Assembly: GCF_026547225.1 (NCBI RefSeq)
Contig: NZ_CP106878.1
Location: 1-32,000, forward strand
DNA length: 32,000 nt
DNA from: Fervidibacillus albus
GTDB lineage: Bacteria; Bacillota; Bacilli; Bacillales; Caldibacillaceae
Reading direction: 5' to 3'
Numbering within the stretch: position 1 is the stretch's first letter; each line of letters starts with the position of its first letter. A program made the translations under genes and the position numbers. The notes under the pieces were generated by a model, which did not search any database, was not told the DNA's origin, and was given only the letters and a program-made list of their open reading frames with translations. Shown one piece after another: positions 17,791-27,544 of the stretch.

Positions 17791-18759
17791 TTATTCCCCG
17801 GTAGCGACGACATCCCGCTTTGTAAACACAAGCCAGGAAACGACGAGAAAAGCAAGAAAGTGTACAATTAATATAGTAATCGAAAATCCAAGTGTCATCC
17901 CTTCGACTAAAACATTTCCTGTCTTATATTGTTGCAAGTCAATGTTCGCAAAGAGGATATATTTTACCCAATCGTATCTCGATAAAATACTGACAATAAT
18001 ATTTCCTCCCATCAGTAGGAAAATACCGACACCAATCGCTAATGAACTGTTTCGGAAAATCGTCGAAATCATAAAGGCCAGGGTCGTCATCATAATAAGG
18101 TTGACGATGCTATATCCGTAAGATGACAATAATTCAGATATTATTGGAACAGCATTGAATCCTTCTGCCGTAGAAATGACGATTTTCGGATTGATGCCTT
18201 CAAAGCCGAAGAAAATCGTTCCCGTAAGCAACGAAAAAATCATTAAAAAGATCATCGTAATCAGTCCAAAAACGAACACTGACGTAAACTTACTGAACAG
18301 TACGGTCGTGCGTGAGACGGGGCGAATTAAAAGCAATTTTAATGTCCCCCAATTATATTCATTGGAAATAATTCCAGCTCCGATAATAATCGTAAATAGA
18401 CTAATAACGGAAACAAGTCCCACATTATCAAGGGTAAACTGCCATGCACCATAGTTTAATGGACGAATGTCATTTTCCAAGTAGTAATTGTTTTTGGCAA
18501 TCTGTTCACCATTATAGGAAATGATAAAATCGTCGTCTCCAACTTCCGCAATTTCTTCTTCTAATTGCTTGTTCTCTTCTTGCAATTCTTCCCGCCAATT
18601 ATCGGTATACGTAGAGTTCAATTCATCAAAGGTTCGCGTTAAAAATGCACCGAAAAGTAGTAACGCGGCTAAGGAGAGGTACATTACCCACGTCGACTTA
18701 CGTATAAAAATTTTAAATAATTCATTTTTAATTAGTCGAAAAAACTTACTCAATGACAT
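17791..18759 (-). CDS. ABC-2 type transporter permease
   Basis: 322 aa with an N-terminal TM helix, a large loop and then five more TM helices (ABC-2 topology). It overlaps the upstream ATPase gene by 14 nt. The SD spacing is very short, so translation is probably coupled. Confidence 0.75.
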   Translation of the reverse strand: MSLSKFFRLIKNELFKIFIRKSTWVMYLSLAALLLFGAFLTRTFDELNSTYTDNWREELQEENKQLEEEIAEVGDDDFIISYNGEQIAKNNYYLENDIRPLNYGAWQFTLDNVGLVSVISLFTIIIGAGIISNEYNWGTLKLLLIRPVSRTTVLFSKFTSVFVFGLITMIFLMIFSLLTGTIFFGFEGINPKIVISTAEGFNAVPIISELLSSYGYSIVNLIMMTTLAFMISTIFRNSSLAIGVGIFLLMGGNIIVSILSRYDWVKYILFANIDLQQYKTGNVLVEGMTLGFSITILIVHFLAFLVVSWLVFTKRDVVATGE

Positions 18760-19666
18760 TCCCTCCCGTCAATTCCAAAAATTGATCCTCAAGGCTTGCC
18801 TGAACAGCGGTGACACCAAAAATAGAAATATCCTTTTCAACGAAAGATTTCACAACTGTAGGAATATGGTCTCGTTTCATCTCAACAACGAGACGGTTTT
18901 TCTCTTCCATAAATGGGATTTCCATCTCCGTGAGAACGCCCTTGGCTACGTCGATTTCTTGAATATCAAAGATGACTTTCGTATTTTCGTTTTCATCGAC
19001 ATCAACTTCTCCAACCACTCGTTCGGTAATTAATTCTCCATGTTGAATAATACCGATCTGATCACAAATCAGTTCGATTTCAGCAAGTAAGTGACTGGAA
19101 ATGATGACGGCGACTTGCTCCACGTCGGCTAATTTGCGAATATATTCACGAATTTCCCGAATACCTGCCGGGTCGAGACCATTTGTCGGTTCGTCAAGGA
19201 TTAATACTTTCGGTTTATGTAAAATCGCTTGAGCAATGCCGAGACGTTGGCGCATTCCTAATGAATATGTTTTCACTTTTTGATGGATAACTTTTTCCAA
19301 GCCGAGTAAAGAAACGACCTCTTTGATGCGATCTTTCGGTAAATGATCATACATATTGGCAAAATGTTTTAAATTTTGCATGCCCGACATAAACGGATAA
19401 AATTTTGGATTTTCGACAATGGCACCAACGTTTCGAATCGATCCTGTAAAGTTATGGCGAATGCTCTCTCCTAATATTTTAATATCCCCACCGGACATAT
19501 TCATCAACCCGACGATCATTCGAATCGTTGTCGTTTTCCCAGCCCCGTTCGGACCGATTAAGCCGTAAACCTCCCCTTGCTTCACTTGTAAGCTAATTCC
19601 TTTGATGATTTCTTTTTTCTTGATCGTCTTTTTCACATCGATCAATTGCAGTGCAACATCTTTCAA
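18746..19666 (-). CDS. ABC transporter ATP-binding protein
   Basis: 306 aa counted from TTG 19666, which has AAGGAGGG 6 nt upstream. The ORF-track start at 19711 lacks an RBS. Walker A GPNGAGKTT, signature YSLGMRQRL, Walker B VLILDEPTNGLD, H-loop SSHLL. Confidence 0.9.
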   Translation of the reverse strand: MKDVALQLIDVKKTIKKKEIIKGISLQVKQGEVYGLIGPNGAGKTTTIRMIVGLMNMSGGDIKILGESIRHNFTGSIRNVGAIVENPKFYPFMSGMQNLKHFANMYDHLPKDRIKEVVSLLGLEKVIHQKVKTYSLGMRQRLGIAQAILHKPKVLILDEPTNGLDPAGIREIREYIRKLADVEQVAVIISSHLLAEIELICDQIGIIQHGELITERVVGEVDVDENENTKVIFDIQEIDVAKGVLTEMEIPFMEEKNRLVVEMKRDHIPTVVKSFVEKDISIFGVTAVQASLEDQFLELTGGNVIE

Positions 19667-19995
19667 TTGTATCCCTCCTTGAAAAAACACATTGATATTG
19701 TTTACGAACACTAGTTGTTAAAAGTTTCCTTTTTCGAAAAAAATTTTAATGATTATTGTGGGAACTAATATAAACTCGAACGTTTCATATAATCATTGAT
19801 TTTTTCCGAATGGGTGACAAAAAAACTCTTCAACAAATTATACACAAAAGATTAAGGGTTCGTATAATTCCCGGCTTTCGTGAAAAGTTATAAACATTAG
19901 TTCGTCGGTATCAATCTGTTTGCATACGTAGTGAAATGAAAAGGAATAACGCAAAAGAGTTGTCGAATGATTTTTTTGGAAAGGAGGGGAAAAAG

Positions 19996-21576
19996 GTGAT
20001 TCGATTGTTCAAATCGTTTTCGTATTTAGTCGTACTCATGTTAATCGCGTTCAGTATGCCCCATCCGCTACTTGCCAATCCCGCTCCTTCCGAAAGACCG
20101 AACTTTTCCATGACAATTCTGCATACGAATGATAGTCACGGGCACGTTGAACGGTATCCGTTGTTAGCTACGGCGGTTCAACGATATGAAAAGGGAAATC
20201 GGCCGACATTACTTCTCCACGCCGGCGATGTGTTTACTGGGACGCTTTTTTTTACCGCGTATAAAGGAAAGGCCGATGTCGATTTTATGAATCAAATCGG
20301 CTACGACGCGATGGTAATTGGGAATCACGAATTCGATATTCATTCCGAAGCGTTAGCGAATTTTATTAACGATGCGAAATTCCCCCTCCTTACGTGCAAC
20401 ATCGATTTTTCAAACGACGATATCCTCCGCGAATTGTATACGGAGCAGATGGAAGTAGCCAAGGGGGGACGCGTTTATCCCGCTATCATTCAAACCGTTA
20501 ATGGGGAAAAAATTGGAATCATCGGAGCTACGACAGAACGTACCCCCGACATTTCCAATCCTCATCCTTCGATTCAATTTCTTAGTGCGAAAAAACGAAT
20601 AACTGAAATGGTTGACCGTTTCGAATCGATGGGAATGAATAAAATTATTTTGCTATCCCATTTAGGTCTTGCCATGGATAAACAAATCGCCAAACAAGTG
20701 GATGGGATCGATTGTATTATCGGTGGCCATTCCCATCATTCATTGAAAAAACCGATCTATATAAAAAAAGAAGAACCGACCATCATTGTGCAAAGCGGGG
20801 AGTATTTGGAACATTTAGGAGTTTTGAATGTAACGTTCAATCATCGAGGCGTCATTACAAAATTTGATGGAAAACTGTTGGAATTAAATGAAAACGATTT
20901 GACGAAGGATGAACAAATGGCCGAGTTGTTGGAACGCTATGAAAAGGGAATTGAACAACTGGCAAATACGAAAGTCGGAAAAACGGCCGTCTATTTGCAA
21001 GGAAAACGGAAAAAGGTACGTACGGGAGAAACGAATCTTGGAAATTTGATCGCTGACATTTTTTTGTGGAAGGCAAAAGATAAGGAACCGAAAACGCAAA
21101 TCGCTTTCATAAACGCCGGTAGCATCCGTACATCCATTTCCAAAGGGATTGTAACGGTGGCAGACATTCGAAATGTATTACCCTTCGAAAGTGAACTCGT
21201 CCTGTTACAGATAAAGGGAATGGATCTAATCGATATTTTGGAAAAGAGTGTAGCTCATTATCCGAAGGTGACGGGTGCTTTTTTACAAGTTTCTGGTATC
21301 CGTTTTTCTTTTAATCCGAAAGGGGAGCCAGGTGCGCGCATTGGAAAGGTGGAAGTAAAACAGGAGAATGGAGATTACTCACCAATTGATGGTACAAAAA
21401 CGTATTGGGTCGTGACAACGGAGTACTTAGCTAGGGGAAAAGAAGGATATGACATTTTAAAAAAATTTCCATTCGAGCAGTTATCCGTGAAAGATTATGA
21501 AGCTTTATCCGATTTTCTTCGACAAAAGGGGACCGTTGCGCCGAAAAAGGAAGGAAGAATTACGAAAATAAAGTGA
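19996..21576 (+). CDS. secreted bifunctional metallophosphatase/5'-nucleotidase
   Basis: 526 aa counted from GTG 19996, which follows AAGGAGGGG. Signal peptide VIRLFKSFSYLVVLMLIAFS..LLA. Calcineurin-like motifs HTNDSHGH, GDVFTG, GNHEFD and GGHSHH, plus a C-terminal 5'-nucleotidase domain. Confidence 0.88.
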   Translation: MIRLFKSFSYLVVLMLIAFSMPHPLLANPAPSERPNFSMTILHTNDSHGHVERYPLLATAVQRYEKGNRPTLLLHAGDVFTGTLFFTAYKGKADVDFMNQIGYDAMVIGNHEFDIHSEALANFINDAKFPLLTCNIDFSNDDILRELYTEQMEVAKGGRVYPAIIQTVNGEKIGIIGATTERTPDISNPHPSIQFLSAKKRITEMVDRFESMGMNKIILLSHLGLAMDKQIAKQVDGIDCIIGGHSHHSLKKPIYIKKEEPTIIVQSGEYLEHLGVLNVTFNHRGVITKFDGKLLELNENDLTKDEQMAELLERYEKGIEQLANTKVGKTAVYLQGKRKKVRTGETNLGNLIADIFLWKAKDKEPKTQIAFINAGSIRTSISKGIVTVADIRNVLPFESELVLLQIKGMDLIDILEKSVAHYPKVTGAFLQVSGIRFSFNPKGEPGARIGKVEVKQENGDYSPIDGTKTYWVVTTEYLARGKEGYDILKKFPFEQLSVKDYEALSDFLRQKGTVAPKKEGRITKIK

Positions 21577-21724
21577 GGAAACCTTTTCGCCTTCGAACAA
21601 AGAAGAAAAAGGAGAGAATTACGTAACGTACAACCTATTGGCCAAAGGAAAAAAATAAAATCGATATCATGACTAAGGGACAGGTCGAACACGGGATTTG
21701 TATTTCCGAAACATATAGGGTAAA

Positions 21725-21756
21725 AAAAGAACAAAGGAGTCCCCCTTTGTTCTTTT
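21725..21756. terminator. bidirectional terminator between the convergent nucleotidase and yebC genes
   Basis: A perfect 13-bp stem, AAAAGAACAAAGG / CCTTTGTTCTTTT, with a 6-nt loop. The A-run and T-run flanks give a U-tract on both strands. Confidence 0.8.
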
Positions 21757-21783
21757 ACTGTGAATTATTTACAGATCGACATT

Positions 21784-22503
21784 TCACTCACCTAAATCCA
21801 CATTATGGTATACCCGTTGTACGTCATCCAAATCTTCCAACACGTCGATCAATTTTTCAAATTGTTGTTTCGCCTCTTCTGTCAAAGTGACTTCATTTTG
21901 TGGAAGCATCGTCAATTCGGCGACCGTGAATTCGTCAATTCCAGCACCTTTCAACGTTTCTTGAACGGCATGGAATTGTTCCGGTTCGGCGTAAATAATG
22001 ACCGCGCCATCCTCTTCGAAAATATCCCGCACGTCTAAGTCTGCTTCCATTAAAATTTCCAATACATCGTCAGCCGTCTTTCCTTCTAGTCCGATGACAG
22101 CAGTAGAATCAAACATATACGAAACGGAACCGTTCACACCGAGATTGCCACCGTTTTTATTGAAAGCGGCACGGAGATCGGCTGCGGTCCGATTGACATT
22201 ATTTGTTAATGCATCGACGATAATCATCGAACCATTCGGGCCGAAACCTTCGTAGCGAAGCTCATCGTAATTTTCATCTGAACCACCCTTTGCCTTTTCG
22301 ATGGCCCGATCGATAATATGTCTCGGAACATTGTATGTTTTTGCCCGTTCGAGGACGAATTTTAACGCTTGGTTGGATTCGGGGTCGGGTACGCCTTGTT
22401 TTGCGGCCACATAAATTTCACGTCCGAATTTCGCATAAATACGACTCGTATTCTTATCCTTCATGGCCTTCTTTTCTTTAATGTTATTCCATTTACGTCC
22501 CAT
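21784..22503 (-). CDS. yebC: YebC/PmpR family DNA-binding transcriptional regulator
   Basis: 239 aa counted from ATG 22503. [30 protein letters not shown] is the canonical YebC N-terminus. Confidence 0.92.
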   Translation of the reverse strand: MGRKWNNIKEKKAMKDKNTSRIYAKFGREIYVAAKQGVPDPESNQALKFVLERAKTYNVPRHIIDRAIEKAKGGSDENYDELRYEGFGPNGSMIIVDALTNNVNRTAADLRAAFNKNGGNLGVNGSVSYMFDSTAVIGLEGKTADDVLEILMEADLDVRDIFEEDGAVIIYAEPEQFHAVQETLKGAGIDEFTVAELTMLPQNEVTLTEEAKQQFEKLIDVLEDLDDVQRVYHNVDLGE

Positions 22504-22801
22504 TACCAACACTCACCTTCATTAAAGTTTTACATGTCCATAGTAATACAAAAAGGCGGGATTCTACAATCATTTTTTCACGATCGTCACGAAATTACGC
22601 ATATTTTCAAACATTGTATGAAACGTTACAAAAATCGCGAAATTTAAAATCTGTGTTAGTTGACGAGGGAAGATCAATTTCGAAACGAAAATGATCAATT
22701 CCTGTTTGCACAAACGCCTTTTCAATACGTGGAAGAATCGACTCCTCCACATAAGTTGTCCCATTCTATCATAAAAATGGTTTACGAAGGGGGGACAGCT
22801 T

Positions 22802-24232
22802 TTGAAAAGACGAACGTTTATTATCCTATGGATCTGTTCGATGCTCGTTGCATCAGTATGTACGTACTTCGGGATTCAATTTTTTCCAAAATCAATGTTC
22901 ACCGGGCATGAAATCAGTAAGGAAGGAACGACGGTTGATTTATCCAAGGTGGAAAAAGCGGTGCAAATCATTTTGGAATCGTATGTGGAAGATGTGGATG
23001 AAAAGGTACTCGTAGAAGGGGCTGTGGAAGGGATGCTCGAACGATTACAAGATCCATACTCGGTTTATTTGAATGAAGAACAATCGAAGGAGTTTCGTCA
23101 ATCATTGGAATCATCCTTCGAAGGAATTGGTGCGGAAATTAGTGAAGTGGACGGGAAAATTTTAATTATATCTCCGTTGAAAAATTCGCCTGCAGAAAAG
23201 GCTGGACTGAAACCGTATGACGAAATCGTAGAGGTCGATGGAGAGCCGATTACAAATATGGACGTATACGATGTGATGATGAAAATTCGTGGGGAAAAGG
23301 GGACGAACGTATCTTTAAAAATTGTACGGGAAGGAATGCAAAAACCGATTGTTATCGACGTCCTTCGCGATCAAATTCCGATTGAAACTGTCTTTTCAAA
23401 TAACATTCACCATCAAAACAAAATCATCGGATATTTAGAAATTACGTCTTTTGCCCAAAATACGGGAAAGGATTTTGTACACCATTTGCACACTTTGGAA
23501 AAGGAAAAACTCGATGGACTCATCATCGACGTTCGGGGAAATCCGGGGGGACTGTTATCGAGTGTGGAAGAAATCGTCCAAGAAATTGTGACGAATGAAA
23601 AACCGTATGCACAAATCGAAGGGAAAAATGGAAAACGCCAACCGTTGTATACGAACCGAACGGAGAAAAAACCGTATCCGATCGTCGTATTGACGGATAA
23701 AGGGAGTGCATCGGCTTCAGAAATTTTAGCTGCAGCATTAAAGGAAGGCGAAGGGTACCCGCTTATCGGGGAAAAGACGTTCGGAAAGGGGACCGTCCAA
23801 CAACAAATTGAACTGGGGGATGACACTTTTATGAAATTGACGATGTATAAATGGTTGACTCCGAACGGCCGTTGGATTCACGGAAAAGGGATCGAGCCGG
23901 ATATAACAGTTGAACAATCGGATTTGTTTCACTTGCATCCGATTCAAATTGACCATCCCCTTGAAAAGGATATGAACAATGAACAAGTGAAATATGCCCA
24001 AGAACTTTTACAAACGATCGGTTTTGAACCGGGCCGAACAGACGGTTATTTTAACGAACGGACAGAACAGGCAGTGAAACATTTTCAACAAGAACACGAT
24101 TTGCCGACCACGGGCATAATTGACGACCGTACCGTTTACGAAATGGGAAAGATCGTCCTTCAAGAGATGAATAAGATGGAAAACGATCGACAGTTGCAAA
24201 TGGCATTGAAATATTTCGAATATAGTTCGTAA
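22802..24232 (+). CDS. ctpB: S41 carboxy-terminal processing protease with PDZ and C-terminal peptidoglycan-binding domains
   Basis: 476 aa. TTG start after GAAGGGGGG. N-terminal TM helix, PDZ domain (GAEISEVDGKILIISPLKNSPAEKAGLKPYDEIVEVDG), catalytic Ser in GSASASE and Lys in TFGKGT. PG_binding_1-like tail (GRTDGYFNERTEQAVKHFQQEHDLPTTGIIDDRT). The symbol is assigned by synteny (ftsX...ctpB-minJ). Confidence 0.8.
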   Translation: MKRRTFIILWICSMLVASVCTYFGIQFFPKSMFTGHEISKEGTTVDLSKVEKAVQIILESYVEDVDEKVLVEGAVEGMLERLQDPYSVYLNEEQSKEFRQSLESSFEGIGAEISEVDGKILIISPLKNSPAEKAGLKPYDEIVEVDGEPITNMDVYDVMMKIRGEKGTNVSLKIVREGMQKPIVIDVLRDQIPIETVFSNNIHHQNKIIGYLEITSFAQNTGKDFVHHLHTLEKEKLDGLIIDVRGNPGGLLSSVEEIVQEIVTNEKPYAQIEGKNGKRQPLYTNRTEKKPYPIVVLTDKGSASASEILAAALKEGEGYPLIGEKTFGKGTVQQQIELGDDTFMKLTMYKWLTPNGRWIHGKGIEPDITVEQSDLFHLHPIQIDHPLEKDMNNEQVKYAQELLQTIGFEPGRTDGYFNERTEQAVKHFQQEHDLPTTGIIDDRTVYEMGKIVLQEMNKMENDRQLQMALKYFEYSS

Positions 24233-24368
24233 AAGAAACGAGCGAATTTTCGAAGGAAAAGAAAACGCACTCCACGTCCAGATTATAGGTAGAAAATCAT
24301 ATAGGTTTTTCAAAAAATTTTTGCTAAAATAAAAGTAATAAACGTTTTGGACGAGGGGGTGCCCTTCA

Positions 24369-25559
24369 TTGGAAGATGGACTTTTACAAATACTTTTCGG
24401 AATCGGCAAATTTTTTCTCCATCCGTTATTGTATCTTGGACTTTTTTATGCGATTTATCTCGGTTACATTCGGGTGAAACGGGAGAGAAAAGATTTCCAT
24501 ATTCGTGTACAAGACGGCTGGTTTGAAGCTCGTACATACTTGGCGAAAGGGTTCATCCCGGGAGTCCTATTGTCGGTCGTCATTTTTCTCATCGGGTTTC
24601 ACGTATCCCTCTCCTTCGTCATTCTATCGGGATTCGTCATCTTATTGTTCGGGCTCCTATTGAAACCGGGCCTCCTTTCCCCTGCCTTTACGATTGGCTT
24701 TACCTTTTTCTTTCTGTTTGCGATGGATGCTTTCCAATGGGAACTGTCAATTTTAAATATTACCCTTTCGACGAATGACGGAGGGTTCCTTTCCGAAATC
24801 GCTCTACTTATCGGTTTTATGGTCATCGTTGAAGGATGGTTGATTCAAAGAAACGGCTCGAAACATACGTCTCCGAAAATCATCCGAAGTAGACGGGGCT
24901 TAAAGGTTGGCATCCATGAATCGAAAAGGATATGGCTCGTTCCACTGCTTTTCCTTATTCCAGAGGGGAGTTTTTCGTCACCTTTCGATTTTTGGCCGGT
25001 CGTCCCCGTAGGTAGTGAAACGTTCTCGGTTTTACTCGTTCCGTATTGGATCGGTTTTTCCCAACAAATCCGAATTTCTTTGCCAAAGGAAGGACTACGT
25101 GCGATTGGAAGGCAAGTGATTTTCGTCGGGTTTATCGCAACGGTCTTCGGTGTTGTTAGTTTTTCGTACCCGATGTTATCGATCGTCGCCGTTCTTTTCG
25201 CGATGGTCGGAAGAATCGTGATTCCGATCGTTCAACGGTTTCAAAATAACACCTATCCGTATTATTTTTCGAAAAACGAACGGGGAATCGTCGTATTAGA
25301 CATTATTCCCGGTTCACCGGCGGAAAAAATGGGCATCCAAATCGGGGAAATAATAAAAACAGTCAATGGAATATCCGTCGCTAACGAACAAGAATATTAC
25401 GCGGCTTTGCAACGAAATCGGGCGTTTTGCAAATTGGAAGTTATCGACGAACAAGGTGAGAACCGGCTCGTCAATCGTGCCCTTTATGAAGGCGAGCATC
25501 ATGAACTCGGTGTCATCTTCATCGATGCAGAAAAACAGTGGGACACCGATGCAGGATAA
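24369..25559 (+). CDS. minJ: polytopic membrane protein with C-terminal PDZ domain, MinJ-like division-site determinant
   Basis: 396 aa. TTG start after GAGGGGG. Multiple TM helices and a C-terminal PDZ domain (VLDIIPGSPAEKMGIQIGEIIKTVNG). Size, architecture and position after ctpB match B. subtilis MinJ (YvjD). Confidence 0.65.
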   Translation: MEDGLLQILFGIGKFFLHPLLYLGLFYAIYLGYIRVKRERKDFHIRVQDGWFEARTYLAKGFIPGVLLSVVIFLIGFHVSLSFVILSGFVILLFGLLLKPGLLSPAFTIGFTFFFLFAMDAFQWELSILNITLSTNDGGFLSEIALLIGFMVIVEGWLIQRNGSKHTSPKIIRSRRGLKVGIHESKRIWLVPLLFLIPEGSFSSPFDFWPVVPVGSETFSVLLVPYWIGFSQQIRISLPKEGLRAIGRQVIFVGFIATVFGVVSFSYPMLSIVAVLFAMVGRIVIPIVQRFQNNTYPYYFSKNERGIVVLDIIPGSPAEKMGIQIGEIIKTVNGISVANEQEYYAALQRNRAFCKLEVIDEQGENRLVNRALYEGEHHELGVIFIDAEKQWDTDAG

Positions 25560-25564
25560 TTCCA

Positions 25565-25606
25565 GTGGGTCGAAGGTGGGTCGAGGGGACGCGAACCTCG
25601 ACCCAC
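25565..25606. repeat. cluster D: one perfect GC-rich palindromic unit plus a half-copy, a likely terminator between convergent genes
   Basis: Half-copy GTGGGTCGAAG at 25565-25575. The full unit at 25576-25606, GTGGGTCGAGG-GGACGCGAA-CCTCGACCCAC, has a perfect 11-bp stem. Confidence 0.85.
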
Positions 25607-25655
25607 TTGCGTCATTTTATGAAGTTTCCGCCCCCCTTTTTATAGACCACATCAT

Positions 25656-26429
25656 TCATCCTCTCCTTTCATCTCCTCTCACGTCCGTCAACTTCTCCGC
25701 TCTCCCTCGTCGTTGTTTTTCACGAAACACAAGCCAAATGAACAAACTAAAAACGATCAAAAGTCCCTCCATCGAAACGATATACCACGGATACGGTCCT
25801 AAAAGATTGAGTAAACTTGCAATTTCTGGTTTTCGGCTTAAAAACATATAATTTCCCCCGGTCCAATGATTCACGAGCAAAATAATTGGTAGTAAGACAT
25901 TTAAAAATAGGACGATTTTTACAACCGATCGAATCGTCGGCCGGTATTCTTTAACCCACGTGTAATACAGAGCGATCCAAATCATAACGATATGTGTGTA
26001 AAAAAAGTGGATAAATCGGAAATGGGGGAAATTGTAATGCAAAAGCGGTGTCGCAATCGCCTGGGTTGCACCTAAGAGGGCGGTAAACAAAAACAATTCA
26101 TAAACGGCTTTTTTCTCTGTCAAAAGCAAAATAATGGCCAAGATTAAACTAATATTACAAAGTTCGAGGGGAAGGGATTGATACGTATGCCAAATGCCGT
26201 TTTTATACATCCAATAATGGTAAGCTGATTCAAAAATGATAAGGGAGATGGCGATTCCAATCCCGATTTTTCTAAAAGACCATTTTGCCAATCTCCTTTG
26301 AAAAATGAAAATAATCGCTGCTCCGGCAAAAAATAAAACGAGCATAAACAGATGGGTCGCAGAAAACATTTGAAACGGATTGTCCTCATACATAATGCCG
26401 AACCAATTCACCTTTTCCCTCCCTTTCAT
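25656..26429 (-). CDS. TIGR02206/YwaF-type integral membrane protein
   Basis: About 257 aa with seven or more TM helices and a conserved-looking LPLELCN motif. GGGAGG lies 5 nt before ATG 26429. GTG 26411 is an alternative start. The family assignment is from memory of YwaF-like proteins. Confidence 0.65.
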   Translation of the reverse strand: MKGREKVNWFGIMYEDNPFQMFSATHLFMLVLFFAGAAIIFIFQRRLAKWSFRKIGIGIAISLIIFESAYHYWMYKNGIWHTYQSLPLELCNISLILAIILLLTEKKAVYELFLFTALLGATQAIATPLLHYNFPHFRFIHFFYTHIVMIWIALYYTWVKEYRPTIRSVVKIVLFLNVLLPIILLVNHWTGGNYMFLSRKPEIASLLNLLGPYPWYIVSMEGLLIVFSLFIWLVFREKQRRGRAEKLTDVRGDERRG

Positions 26430-26645
26430 TGAATCCTCCCACAAAATAAAATAGACGTCCGGTTTCTTTTATTTTACGTAATTGTTACCAAAGGGGAAAC
26501 ATCGAAAACGTCCAGCGCATAAAAAATCGAAAAAGACATATTTCAAAAAAATGTAACAAAGGTAAAACACTGTCATCTTTTTCATGGCGAAAGCGTTTTA
26601 CAGGAAAAGTATGAATTAAACAATGTTTATAGGAGGGTCAGCCCC

Positions 26646-26762
26646 TTGGAAGCGCGGGAACGGATTTTACAAACGACGATGAATTTGATTAGTGAAGAAG
26701 GGTTTGAGATGCTCACGTCGTTGCGGAAGATTGCCAAAAAAGCAAAGGGCCAAAGGATTTAG
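26646..26762 (+). pseudogene. truncated TetR-family regulator (N-terminal HTH fragment only, 38 codons)
   Basis: AGGAGGG RBS followed by a TTG start. The translation LEARERILQTTMNLISEEGFEMLTSLRKIAKKAKGQRI* matches the start of the TetR_N HTH pattern (RERIL..A..L..E.GF...S...IA..AG). It stops where the AT-rich block containing the convergent small gene begins. Confidence 0.55.
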
Positions 26763-26779
26763 AAGATCAATGAATACAA

Positions 26780-27079
26780 TCAGGATTGTTGAGCAGGATC
26801 TTTCTTTGAAGCACTGATCATTAATAAAATTGCAGTGATGATATGCAAAGTCATACCGACGAATGGAATCCATCCAACACAAGAGGTAACGATGCCTAAA
26901 ATGCTTGGAGCTATTTCGCTATCTTCTTTTAAACTAAAGACTAATGTTACAATATGAAGGATTAGCATTACGATTAAAGGGGTCCATAAAAACCCGATAA
27001 TAATACTTGCACCAATAATCGGAATACCTAAAAATGCCTCCATTCCTCCAGTGACCCATTTTAAAACTTTTGAAACCAT
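26780..27079 (-). CDS. small hydrophobic membrane protein (99 aa, about 3 TM helices), function unknown
   Basis: GGAGG lies 6 nt before the ATG. There is an internal repeat of a G(I/W)IP(I/F)xG...HI(V/I)T pattern. The surrounding DNA is AT-rich. Confidence 0.6.
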   Translation of the reverse strand: MVSKVLKWVTGGMEAFLGIPIIGASIIIGFLWTPLIVMLILHIVTLVFSLKEDSEIAPSILGIVTSCVGWIPFVGMTLHIITAILLMISASKKDPAQQS

Positions 27080-27450
27080 AAATGGCCTCCTTTCACTAAT
27101 ATAGTTATAGGATTATAAATGCATTTTATAATAACTTTCAAACAGATACAATGAATCGTATTAATATTTTATCTGTTAATAAATTACTAAAAAATTTTAT
27201 CGGTATATTCAACCTGTTTACAATTAAATCCTTTATGCAAATATCCCCATTTTTTATGCAAAATGGTTTTTGAATGATCTTCATTTAATAAAAGGTAGCA
27301 AAGCATTCGTAGTTATGAATCTGTGGAATAAACGTTTTTTCTAATTCGTTTTCTTGGAATTGTACGATCGTGAGTAGAGTTAGGTCCTATTTATTATTGC
27401 AAGATATAGAAACTGACGGGGGAAGAAGGTTCGAATTGAATAAAAACAAT

Positions 27451-27479
27451 TTGTATAGTATAGGGGGGTATAGTATAAT
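27451..27479 (+). promoter_or_regulatory. sigma-A type promoter of csoR-copZ-copA with a candidate CsoR operator in the spacer
   Basis: TTGTAT, 17 nt, TATAAT. The spacer holds TATAGTATA-GGGGGG-TATAGTATA, so the G6 tract at 27463-27468 is flanked by direct 9-mers. ATAGTATAGGGGGGTAT resembles the B. subtilis copZA operator ATACCCTACGGGGGTAT as recalled from memory. Confidence 0.5.
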
Positions 27480-27544
27480 ATAATTACCGTACAATATTAC
27501 TACGAATTTTCGTTTGTTAATATGTCTATGAAAGGGGGAAGAAA

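Noticed and set aside
25366-25851. 161-aa plus-strand ORF spanning the minJ-like 3' end, the repeat unit and the TIGR02206 gene 3' end
   Set aside because: It overlaps two well-supported genes and the palindromic unit. It is out of frame with the PDZ domain and has no RBS.
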